From: Clostridia bacterium
GTDB lineage: Bacteria; Bacillota; Clostridia; Oscillospirales; Butyricicoccaceae
DNA: 32,042 nucleotides
NCBI GenBank assembly: GCA_017547995.1
Contig: JAFYNW010000229.1
Location: 1 to 32,042 of the forward strand
Reading direction: 5' to 3'
The notes beneath the pieces were generated by a model. The model made no database searches. It was not told the DNA's origin and saw only the letters and a program-made list of their open reading frames with translations. Shown here one piece after another: positions 8,847 to 17,372 of the stretch. Position 1 is the stretch's first letter, and every line of letters begins with the position of its first letter. Made by a program: the position numbers and the translations under genes.

Positions 8847-11800
8847 CTATATTTCTCTGTATATTCTGACGAAATCTTCAGCGACTTTAAGCGAAGTTTC
8901 CTTCTTTTCAATAGTAACGGTAACGTATGGCGCACCTGTTGCATTGAAAATAATCTTACGCTTAAATCTGTCATGGCTGGCAATTTTTATTGCTTTTTCC
9001 ACGTCAGAAACAGCGAAATGTATTATAAGTTTATCTTTTTTCTGCACAATTTCCGAAATGCCAACTTCTGCGGCATTCGCTCTTAAAAGTGCAACAGAAA
9101 GCAAAGTAACCGCCTGCTTAGGAGGCTCGCCGAATCTGTCGATAAGCTCATCGAGCATATCCTGATACTCATCAATATTCTGCACCTGACCGATTCTGCG
9201 ATACAAGTCAATTCTCTGCTCAGCACTTGAAACGTATCTTTCAGGCAATATTGCATCTGTCACAATATCGATATGAGCCTCAATTTTAGCGCTCTTTGGA
9301 TTATCTGAAAGCTCATTTACAGCTTCTTCAAGGAGCTTGAGATACATATCATAACCAACCGACATCATATGTCCAGATTGCTCACCGCCGAGAAGGTTAC
9401 CCGCACCTCTGATTTCAAGGTCACGCATTGCAATTTTGAAGCCTGCACCAAATTCGGCAAACTCTCTCATTGCACTCAGGCGCTTCTGTGAAATTTCTGA
9501 AAGCACCTTCCCTCTTCTGTACGTGAGATATGCGTATGCATGTCTGTGTGAGCGTCCTACACGTCCGCGTATCTGATGAAGCTGTGACAGACCCATATGG
9601 TCTGCATTTTCAATGATTATTGTGTTAACGTTTGAAACGTCAATACCCGTTTCGATAATCGTTGTACAGACGAGCACCTGAATTTCACCGTTATAGAGCC
9701 TGTTCATCTTGTCAGACAGCTGTTCCTCGTCCATCTTGCCATGTGCAGAATCGACCGTAATATCAGGAAAACGCTTTCTGATTTTCTGGCATACTCCTTC
9801 GATGCTCTCCACGCGGTTATGCAAATAATATACTTGGCCGCCTCTCGATATTTCTTTTGAAATTGCATCAAAGATGATTTCATCATTATGCTCAAGAACA
9901 TAAGTCTGCACAGGCATACGGTCACGAGGCGCTTCTTCCAGCACAGACATATCCCTGATGCCGGAAAGGGCCATATTGAGTGTTCTTGGAATAGGTGTTG
10001 CACTGAGTGTGAGCACGTCTATACCAATACTCATTTCTTTAATTTTTTCTTTATGTGATACACCGAATCTTTGCTCTTCATCGACAACAAGAAGACCCAA
10101 GTCCTTAAATTTAACGTCTTTCTGCAGCAGACGATGTGTACCAATAACAAGGTCTATTTCCCCTGTTTTAAGTTTTGCGCAGATTTCTTTTTGCTGCTTC
10201 GGCTTTCTGAATCTGCTTAAAGTATCAATTTCAATAGGATAACCTGCAAATCTGCTTTTTGCAGTAAGATAATGCTGACGGGCAAGCACAGTAGTCGGCA
10301 CAAGAATAGCCGCCTGCTTACCGGACAGAATACACTTCATTATAGCACGGAATGCAACTTCCGTCTTGCCAAAGCCTACGTCACCACAGAGAAGTCTGTC
10401 CATCGGATATGGGCTTTCCATATCATCCTTGATTTCTCTCGCAGCAGCAAGCTGGTCCGGTGTTTCTTCGTATTCAAAACGTGATTCAAAGTTGCTCTGC
10501 CAGTCACTGTCCGGCTCAAATGCAAATCCCTTTGTTTCCTTACGCTTTGCATATAATCCAATAAGATATTGAGCAAGATCTTTTGCAGAGCTTTTAGCCT
10601 TTGCTTTGGCTTTTTCCCAGCTCATACCACCTAATTTGGACAGCTTGACCGCCCCATCTTCAGCTACACCGATATATTTTGAAATCATACCGAGTGCTGT
10701 GGCAGGCACGTAAATACAGTCTGTACCTGCAAAAGCAATCTTCATATAGTCACGCTCTATGCCATCCTGAACAATCTTTTCCATCGCAGCAAACCGGCCT
10801 ATACCATGCTGTTCATGTACTACAACATCACCGATACTAAGGTCTGTAAAAGACTGAATTCGATTTTTCTTGCTTTTTGGCGCAGATTTTCTCTTAGGCC
10901 CTGATATCTGGCCTTCGCTGATAACCGCAACCTTAACAGACGGATACTCAAATCCATAACTGATACTTTCAGGAACAAGATAAATCTTTCCTTCGTGCAC
11001 ATCATTGCTTACGTCTTCTGCGCAGATTCCGCGGTCAGATAATATCTTCTTCATGTTTGCCGCACGTTTTTCATTACCCGTCATAATGAAGGTAATATAA
11101 TCGCGGGCAGAATAGCTTTCCATATCAGACGCCGCTACGTCAAAGCTTCCGCCGTATGCAGGAAGCTGCTTTGCGGAAACAGACAAGATTTCCTTCGGCG
11201 GCAACATAGAGCCCGTCAGGAATGAATCGAGGAAAATACTTTTGCGTCGCTTTATAAAATCTGTAAATCTACTTTCATCAATAAAGAAATCACAGTGTCC
11301 AGGAATAAGATTACCCGCATTAAGATGGTCTTCAACGCCCTCTTTCATTCGGTATTCATATCCCTTTATGCCTTCCATAACCGCCATACTGTCATCAATT
11401 ATTACAACAAGATTTTCAGGCAGATAATCAAGCGCAGTAGCTATATTTTTATAAAGGACGTCTGCATATACGTCAGCATTTGAAATACAGCTTTTATTCG
11501 TAAGAAGCTCCTTGTCCTCAGTAAGTCTGAGCCTGAGCTTTTCATTTTTAATTTCAGGAAGAATATTGTCGATTATTCCTGCAAGCTCTTCATCATTGTA
11601 AACCACTTCATCTACAGGTAAAATATTTATTTCAGAGATTTTTTCAATTCGACGCTGAGATGAAATATCAAAATAATTCATCGAATCAATCTCATCGCCG
11701 AAAAACTCAATTCTGACAGGATTGATGCTGTTTATAGGGAAAATATCAACTATATCACCGCGTTGCGCATACTGTCCTACGCCTTCAACCGCGGAATATC

Positions 11801-12287
11801 TCTTGTATCCCATACGCACAAGGCTGGTCAGAATATCATTGGTGGAATATTCCTGCCCATCCTTCAATTCAAAAGTATTCTTTATAAGCACGTCAAGAGG
11901 AATACATCGCGACATAAGTGCATCTGGAGTTGTAACAATCATTCTGCTCTTATTATTGGCAATCTGCCACAGAGCATTTATCTTTTTCTGTTCAAACTCT
12001 CTTGAGAAATTGTCGATTTTATGGAATAAAAACTCTCTTGAAGGCAGAAAAATACATTCTTCCCCTGTGAAACCATAAATATCAAGACAAACACTTTTTG
12101 CAGTTTCTTCGTCTTTAGCAATATATAAAAATGAACATGACAAATCGCCCAAAAGCATAGATGCCAGATTTGTTTTATGTACGTGCGATACACCATAAAC
12201 TGAAATCGGCGAGACGTTTTGAGCTAAAAACTTTGTCAACGACTGATATTCACTTAATTTTGCGGTTTCCTTTAATAATACAGACAT
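8847..12287 (-). CDS. mfd: Transcription-repair coupling factor Mfd
   Basis: 1146 aa. It has a superfamily-2 helicase core (GDVGFGKTEVA, DEEQRFGV, QLHQIRGRVGRS), a CarD-like domain (GDVVVHEQHGIGRF) and a TRCF C-terminal domain. Confidence 0.97.
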   Translation of the reverse strand: MSVLLKETAKLSEYQSLTKFLAQNVSPISVYGVSHVHKTNLASMLLGDLSCSFLYIAKDEETAKSVCLDIYGFTGEECIFLPSREFLFHKIDNFSREFEQKKINALWQIANNKSRMIVTTPDALMSRCIPLDVLIKNTFELKDGQEYSTNDILTSLVRMGYKRYSAVEGVGQYAQRGDIVDIFPINSINPVRIEFFGDEIDSMNYFDISSQRRIEKISEINILPVDEVVYNDEELAGIIDNILPEIKNEKLRLRLTEDKELLTNKSCISNADVYADVLYKNIATALDYLPENLVVIIDDSMAVMEGIKGYEYRMKEGVEDHLNAGNLIPGHCDFFIDESRFTDFIKRRKSIFLDSFLTGSMLPPKEILSVSAKQLPAYGGSFDVAASDMESYSARDYITFIMTGNEKRAANMKKILSDRGICAEDVSNDVHEGKIYLVPESISYGFEYPSVKVAVISEGQISGPKRKSAPKSKKNRIQSFTDLSIGDVVVHEQHGIGRFAAMEKIVQDGIERDYMKIAFAGTDCIYVPATALGMISKYIGVAEDGAVKLSKLGGMSWEKAKAKAKSSAKDLAQYLIGLYAKRKETKGFAFEPDSDWQSNFESRFEYEETPDQLAAAREIKDDMESPYPMDRLLCGDVGFGKTEVAFRAIMKCILSGKQAAILVPTTVLARQHYLTAKSRFAGYPIEIDTLSRFRKPKQQKEICAKLKTGEIDLVIGTHRLLQKDVKFKDLGLLVVDEEQRFGVSHKEKIKEMSIGIDVLTLSATPIPRTLNMALSGIRDMSVLEEAPRDRMPVQTYVLEHNDEIIFDAISKEISRGGQVYYLHNRVESIEGVCQKIRKRFPDITVDSAHGKMDEEQLSDKMNRLYNGEIQVLVCTTIIETGIDVSNVNTIIIENADHMGLSQLHQIRGRVGRSHRHAYAYLTYRRGKVLSEISQKRLSAMREFAEFGAGFKIAMRDLEIRGAGNLLGGEQSGHMMSVGYDMYLKLLEEAVNELSDNPKSAKIEAHIDIVTDAILPERYVSSAEQRIDLYRRIGQVQNIDEYQDMLDELIDRFGEPPKQAVTLLSVALLRANAAEVGISEIVQKKDKLIIHFAVSDVEKAIKIASHDRFKRKIIFNATGAPYVTVTIEKKETSLKVAEDFVRIYREI

Positions 12288-12331
12288 TTTTTACCCTTGA
12301 ATTATTAGTTTACCTATATATTATCACTTTA

Positions 12332-12940
12332 CTAATTAAATTTCTGTCGCGCAATGTCAATTCCGTTAGTAAGTATTTCTTCTACAATATCAGGTACTGT
12401 CTGAATTGTCTTGATGCTTTCTGCATCGATAGTATCAAGAACAAAATCTGCAAGGTCTTCCCCTGCTTCCTTATTTGGTGCACCTACACCAATCTTGATT
12501 CGTGGGAATACGTTTGTACCGAGGCAATAAATAATGCTCTTGATGCCATTATGACCACCGTCACTGCCGGAAGGTCTGATACGCACCTTGCCTGGCTTGA
12601 GGGAAATATCATCATAGATAACAAGGATATTTTCCTTTTCAATCTTGAGTGCCTTGGCAAGGTCTCTTGTTGCTTCGCCGGAAAGATTCATAAAAGTCTG
12701 TGGCTTTACGATAGCAACGTTTTTACCTGCAATAACACAAAGACCATAAATAGCCTTACACTTTGTCTGATTCAGTCTGCCTGAACCATATTTATTCCAC
12801 AAGACGTCCGCTGACAAAAAGCCAGCGTTGTGTCTTGTTTTTTCATATTTACTGCCCGGGTTACCGAGGCAGACAATCATATATTCAATTTTACCGGTTA
12901 CTTCCGGTGCCTTAGGTTTCTTTCTGAAAATAACGGACAC
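12332..12940 (-). CDS. pth: Peptidyl-tRNA hydrolase (start uncertain: GTG at 12940 as in the track, or ATG at 12880)
   Basis: MIVCLGNPGSKYEKTRHNAGF and GHNGIKSI motifs. The track start is actually a GTG that directly abuts an AAGGGG element, which is poor spacing. The internal ATG (M21) gives the canonical Pth N-terminus but has only a weak RBS. Confidence 0.9.
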   Translation of the reverse strand: MSVIFRKKPKAPEVTGKIEYMIVCLGNPGSKYEKTRHNAGFLSADVLWNKYGSGRLNQTKCKAIYGLCVIAGKNVAIVKPQTFMNLSGEATRDLAKALKIEKENILVIYDDISLKPGKVRIRPSGSDGGHNGIKSIIYCLGTNVFPRIKIGVGAPNKEAGEDLADFVLDTIDAESIKTIQTVPDIVEEILTNGIDIARQKFN

Positions 12941-12951
12941 CCCTTATTATA

Positions 12952-13920
12952 TTAATATGTCTGGAAAATTCGCATAATCTCTGCGAAATCATTAGTCTTT
13001 GTCAAAGCAAGCTGAAGAAGGAGTCTTGCCTTCTGCGGATTAAGTGTGCCGGAATTGATGAAGTTTTCAGGAGATTTTGCTCTCTTGGAAACGTAACCAT
13101 TGCCAATTCTGGAGCAGCTTACGATAGGCTTCTTATCCTTTTTCTTTCTGAGCTTCATACCCCAGTCCTTGCTTGAGCCGCCGTTGCCTGCACCTGCAAT
13201 AACAACCGCATCACTGTTCTTATATATGTAATCAAGTATCTTGACGTCAGCATCAAGGTGGAAATATGCAATACCAACCTTAGGAAGATCTGTCAGTTCG
13301 GATACGTCAAATTCTGTTTCAAATGTATGCTTTTTTGTGCTCTGATTGATAAAATATACGTTTTCATCGTGGAGATAACCCAAAATTCCAAAATCTCTGC
13401 CGTTAAACGCATCTGTTCGGAAAGTATTTACCTTCTGTCCTTCACGTGCGCCTACGATACTGTCGGAGAAAGAGATAAGAACACCCTTACCCACTGCATC
13501 GTCATGAGCAGCCAGAGCAACTGCCTGATAAAGATTCATAGGTCCGTCTGCACTGATTGCTGTAGAAGGTCTCATAGAGCCGACCATAACTACAGGCTTA
13601 TCTGTCTTTACTGTAAGATTAAGGAAGTATGCTGTTTCTTCCAGAGTATCTGTGCCGTGTGTTACAACAAAGCCATCGATATCTTCTTTTGCAAGCTTAT
13701 TGATTTCATTTGCAAGGTCAATAAGATTTTTTGAAGTGACGTTGTCACTTGCTGTGTTCAAAAACTGTTTACCCTGCACCTCAGCGAGTTTTTCAATACC
13801 TGGTACGCTGTCGATAATTTCCTGAATACCAACTTCACCCGGCTTATATTCAGCAGATTTACCTGCCTGACCCTTGCCGGCAATAGTACCACCTACAGCT
13901 AAAATCATGATCTTTTTCAT
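12952..13920 (-). CDS. ansA: L-asparaginase (type II family, no signal peptide); start corrected to ATG at 13920
   Basis: MKKIMILAVGGTIAG..., HGTDTLEETAYFL and GSMRPSTAISADGPMNL are asparaginase signatures. AAAGGAG lies 8 nt before the ATG at 13920. The 23-codon extension in the ORF track runs through the prs terminator hairpin. Confidence 0.88.
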   Translation of the reverse strand: MKKIMILAVGGTIAGKGQAGKSAEYKPGEVGIQEIIDSVPGIEKLAEVQGKQFLNTASDNVTSKNLIDLANEINKLAKEDIDGFVVTHGTDTLEETAYFLNLTVKTDKPVVMVGSMRPSTAISADGPMNLYQAVALAAHDDAVGKGVLISFSDSIVGAREGQKVNTFRTDAFNGRDFGILGYLHDENVYFINQSTKKHTFETEFDVSELTDLPKVGIAYFHLDADVKILDYIYKNSDAVVIAGAGNGGSSKDWGMKLRKKKDKKPIVSCSRIGNGYVSKRAKSPENFINSGTLNPQKARLLLQLALTKTNDFAEIMRIFQTY

Positions 13921-13956
13921 AAGTAAAACTCCTTTGGTTAATATATTTGACGACAA

Positions 13957-13985
13957 CAGCAGGGCTTTAAAGCCCTGCTGTTTTA
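13957..13985 (-). terminator. Hairpin terminator after prs
   Basis: CAGCAGGGC-TTTAAA-GCCCTGCTG lies 18 nt after the prs stop. The T-tract on the minus strand is weak (TTGT), so partial read-through into the asparaginase gene and pth is plausible. Confidence 0.5.
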
Positions 13986-13998
13986 ACAAGTCGATTGA

Positions 13999-14955
13999 TT
14001 AGAACAAAGAGGAAACAGAGCTGCCTTCGTAGATTCTCTTGATAGCTTCTGTGAAGAGATCAGAGATAGAAAGCTGCTTAATCTTTTCGCACTTCTTGTG
14101 TTCTGGGAGTTCAATTGTATCGAGGATGAATACTTCCTTGATAACGCTAGCTTCGAGTCTTTCGATAGCTGGGCCGGAGAGAACGCCGTGTGTTGCGCAA
14201 GCGTATACGTTCTTTGCGCCGCCGATATCAACGAGAGCCTTAGCTGCGTTGCAGAGTGTACCAGCTGTATCGATCATATCGTCGATGATGAGAACGTCCT
14301 TATCCTTGATGTCGCCGATGATGTTCATAACTTCGGAAACGTTAGCCTTCTGGCGACGCTTGTCGATGATAGCGATAGGTGTATCGAGCTTTTCAGCAAA
14401 TGTTCTTACACGGCCAACAGAACCGAGGTCTGGAGATACACAAACGAGGTCTGGGTTGGACTTGCCAAACTTTCTGAGGAAGTGTGGGATAAGAACTGTG
14501 ATACCCATGAGGTTGTCCACTGGAATATCAAAGAAGCCCTGAATCTGAGCAGCGTGAAGGTCCATTGTGAGAACTCTGTCAGCACCTGCTGTTTCGATCA
14601 TATCAGCAACGAGCTTAGCAGAGATTGGATCTCTTGCCTTGGACTTTCTTTCCTGACGAGCATAACCGAAGTATGGGATAACAGCTGTAATGCTTGCTGC
14701 GGAAGCTCTCTTGAAAGCATCGATCATGATGAGTGCTTCCATGAGGTTGTTGTTAACTGGTTCACATGTGGACTGAATGAGGAATACGTCGCAGCCTCTT
14801 ACGGATTCACCGATAGAAACGGAAATTTCACCGTCGGAGAATCTGGAAACTGTGCATTCACCAAGTGTGAGGCCAAGATTGTCAGCGATCTGCTTTGCAA
14901 GCTGTGGATTTGCATTACCTGCGAAGAGTTTGATATTGTTGCCATGTGGAATCAT
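13999..14955 (-). CDS. prs: Ribose-phosphate pyrophosphokinase (PRPP synthetase)
   Basis: 318 aa. [27 protein letters not shown] and the PRPP-binding loop [13 protein letters not shown]. Confidence 0.97.
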   Translation of the reverse strand: MIPHGNNIKLFAGNANPQLAKQIADNLGLTLGECTVSRFSDGEISVSIGESVRGCDVFLIQSTCEPVNNNLMEALIMIDAFKRASAASITAVIPYFGYARQERKSKARDPISAKLVADMIETAGADRVLTMDLHAAQIQGFFDIPVDNLMGITVLIPHFLRKFGKSNPDLVCVSPDLGSVGRVRTFAEKLDTPIAIIDKRRQKANVSEVMNIIGDIKDKDVLIIDDMIDTAGTLCNAAKALVDIGGAKNVYACATHGVLSGPAIERLEASVIKEVFILDTIELPEHKKCEKIKQLSISDLFTEAIKRIYEGSSVSSLF

Positions 14956-14987
14956 ATTGGTTTACCCCCAAATAATATTATTTTTGA

Positions 14988-16025
14988 TTATAATTTACCG
15001 TCTTCTCTGCGCTTTTTAGCCCAGTCAGGTTTTGTATACTGTCTTGCTCGTGCAACTGTGAGAGCCTGTTCAGGAACATTTTCAACAACAGTAGAGCCTG
15101 CTGCAACAAATGCACCGTTGCCGACTTCAACAGGAGCAACAAGGTTTACGTTACATCCGATGAAGGCATTATCCCCCACCTTTGTCTTATACTTGCTCTT
15201 GCCATCGTAGTTTACAGTGATAGCACCACAGCTGAAGTTTACGTTCTTGCCGATTTCGCTATCGCCGATGTAAGCAAAGTGGGAAATCTTTGTACCTGTA
15301 TCGATAACAGATTTCTTGATTTCAACAAAGTCACCGATTTTGACCTTATCGCCAATTTCAGACTTTGGTCTTATGTATGAAAATGGTCCTACCGTAGTGT
15401 TTTCACCTACTGTACTTTCATATACCTGAGAATTATTGATTTTTGTATTTGCACCAATAACGCTGTCGGCAATCAAAGAATTAGGGCCGATAACTGCTCC
15501 GGAATGAATATGAGTATTGCCGTAAATCTGGCAGTTAGGCATAATCACTGTGCCTTCTTCAATAACTGCAAGCGGAGATACCATAACAGAAGCAATATCT
15601 GTAATGAAAACGCCATCGTACAAAAGATTCTGGTTTACTCTGCCCTTGAGGATTTCCTGACAAAGATATGCATTGAAAGCATTGTCCGCCATATAAGCCT
15701 CTTCAGCAGGCATATAGAATATCTTAAGCTGACATTCTTCATTCATAGACTTGACAGAGCCCTTTGGAAGATATACTGCAACTCTTTCTTCACCATTTTC
15801 AAGTGAAACAGGAATTGTTTCAGCAGAAAGCTCCGCAAGTGTATTTGAAGAAATACATACTGCCGGTCTGTAAATGATTATTGTATCATTTTCAGGATTG
15901 AAGCTTTCTTCTGTATAGAAAATGTTTTCAGATATTTCCATGCAGGTATTTGTCAGAATATCCTTGGCTGAAGTGAACAACACAGGAATGTCTGGCCATT
16001 TTTCGTTGAGAATTAAAATATCCAT
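14988..16025 (-). CDS. GlmU-like protein: intact left-handed-beta-helix GlcN-1-P acetyltransferase domain, truncated and degenerate N-terminal nucleotidyltransferase domain
   Basis: 345 aa, against about 450 aa for canonical GlmU. The C-terminal 230 aa align by eye to GlmU (GPFSYIRP, IGDFVEIKKS, SHFAYIGDSEIG, NYDGKSKYKT, VAAGSTV, ARARQ). The first ~110 aa lack the LxxGxGTRM motif. A strong AGGAGGG RBS supports the start, and the glmU-prs synteny is conserved. Confidence 0.8.
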   Translation of the reverse strand: MDILILNEKWPDIPVLFTSAKDILTNTCMEISENIFYTEESFNPENDTIIIYRPAVCISSNTLAELSAETIPVSLENGEERVAVYLPKGSVKSMNEECQLKIFYMPAEEAYMADNAFNAYLCQEILKGRVNQNLLYDGVFITDIASVMVSPLAVIEEGTVIMPNCQIYGNTHIHSGAVIGPNSLIADSVIGANTKINNSQVYESTVGENTTVGPFSYIRPKSEIGDKVKIGDFVEIKKSVIDTGTKISHFAYIGDSEIGKNVNFSCGAITVNYDGKSKYKTKVGDNAFIGCNVNLVAPVEVGNGAFVAAGSTVVENVPEQALTVARARQYTKPDWAKKRREDGKL

Positions 16026-16105
16026 ATATCCCTCCTATTAAAATGTAAATGGATACAAATATATTATACCACCTATTTTATTTTTTTCCAACCCTTTTTT
16101 ATAAG

Positions 16106-16134
16106 TTTACAAAAAAGTTTTTTAATGGTATAAT
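16106..16134 (+). promoter_or_regulatory. Sigma-A promoter for the DnaD-like gene (TTTACA-17 nt-TATAAT with TGn extended -10)
   Basis: TTTACA at 16106-16111, a 17-nt spacer ending in TGG, and TATAAT at 16129-16134. Confidence 0.6.
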
Positions 16135-16174
16135 ATGTTATGATAAGAAATTAAATGGAGTTTAATTTTTATAT

Positions 16175-17350
16175 ATGAGTAAACTTATTATAGATCTTCA
16201 GCCGGATGAAGCCAATATAGCGATTCTGCAGTCGAAAAATCCCGTTGCTGCCCTTCTCTATATCTACGGCGTTGTCAATGGCGGAATAATAGATACAGAA
16301 AAAGCAAAAGAAGAATTGCTTATAGATGAGTTTTCCATGACACGTGCTATCGATAATTTACTTGCATTTGCAATATGCTCGGTTGGCAAAGAAAGCTCAC
16401 TTACGGCAAGTCCTACCTTCCAGGATATTGCAAACCTCCGTAAAACCGATTATGGCTTCAGGGGAATATGCAATATTTATGAAAAGGCCCGTGGCGGACA
16501 CATCAATCAGAATGAAATCACTTCCCTCTACAATATCTACGTGAATCTCAATATGTCACCCGATATGCTGACACTTCTCATCACGTCACTCAAGGAGAAG
16601 GAACGACTCAGCCTTCGCAATCTCGAAAAAACAGCATACGAATGGCATGATTCAAATATCACTACGTACGAAGCAGCTGAGCAATATATGAACGAACGAT
16701 TTACTCAGGCAAACAGATACCGCGATATTCTCCGCGTATTGAATATCAACGGACGTGACCCTGTTGTAAGTGAAAAAAAATTCCTCGACGTATGGATTGA
16801 AAAGAAAATCCCCGTTCAGCTTATTGCTCTGGCATACGAAAAAACCATTTATAACATTTCAGAGCTGAGATGGCCGTACATAAATAAAATCCTTATGAAC
16901 TGGTCTGATGCAGAATATAAAACAACAGATGACGTAATCAAAAACGAATCCGGTGTTCAGCGTACTGCTTCTCCTGCTCAGGATAAGGCTCAAAAAACAA
17001 ACCAGACAAAATTGCTTGAAGAATACAATAAAAAGCGTCATGACCGCGAACAAAAGGCCGCATTTCTTCTCAAAAAGCTTACCGAAGAATCTACGGCATT
17101 TATGGAAAACGAGCGTCATATCAAGCTTGTATCACGAAAAATGGCAGGTGCGGCAATGTCCGGCGGAGATATGTCAATTTTCAAGGCACAGCTTGATGAC
17201 CTTAACCGAAAGCGTTCGCAGATTATCTCCGCAAACGGATATGACGTAACCGACGTATTCCCTTCCCCTGATTGTCCGTTATGTAACGACTACGGATTCA
17301 TCGGATCAAACATGTGCAAATGCTTTAAAGAAAAGCTTGAAAAAATGTAA
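16175..17350 (+). CDS. DnaD-domain (DnaB_2 family) replication-initiation/primosome-type protein with two DnaD-like repeats and a C-terminal Cys4 motif
   Basis: 391 aa. It has two repeats of the DnaD/DnaB_2 pattern (...RNLEKTAYEWHDSNITTYEAAEQYM and ...WPYINKILMNWSDAEYKTTDDV), then a coiled-coil-like basic region and CPLCNDYGFIGSNMCKC at the extreme C-terminus. Confidence 0.7.
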   Translation: MSKLIIDLQPDEANIAILQSKNPVAALLYIYGVVNGGIIDTEKAKEELLIDEFSMTRAIDNLLAFAICSVGKESSLTASPTFQDIANLRKTDYGFRGICNIYEKARGGHINQNEITSLYNIYVNLNMSPDMLTLLITSLKEKERLSLRNLEKTAYEWHDSNITTYEAAEQYMNERFTQANRYRDILRVLNINGRDPVVSEKKFLDVWIEKKIPVQLIALAYEKTIYNISELRWPYINKILMNWSDAEYKTTDDVIKNESGVQRTASPAQDKAQKTNQTKLLEEYNKKRHDREQKAAFLLKKLTEESTAFMENERHIKLVSRKMAGAAMSGGDMSIFKAQLDDLNRKRSQIISANGYDVTDVFPSPDCPLCNDYGFIGSNMCKCFKEKLEKM

Positions 17351-17372
17351 ATATATATAAACAGGAGGCTAT

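Noticed and set aside
12161-12784. 207-aa + strand ORF spanning the mfd start, the intergenic region and pth
   Set aside because: It crosses two well-supported minus-strand genes and their intergenic RBS region, and shows no protein-like features.
13921-13989. 23-codon N-terminal extension of the asparaginase ORF in the track
   Set aside because: The extension contains the prs terminator hairpin and has no RBS. The ATG at 13920 has AAAGGAG at ideal spacing and gives the canonical MKKI-ILxxGGTIAG N-terminus.
14098-15210. 370-aa ORF on the + strand opposite prs and the 3' end of the glmU-like gene
   Set aside because: It is an antisense mirror of prs (in-register). It has no motifs and no RBS, and the sense genes are unambiguous.
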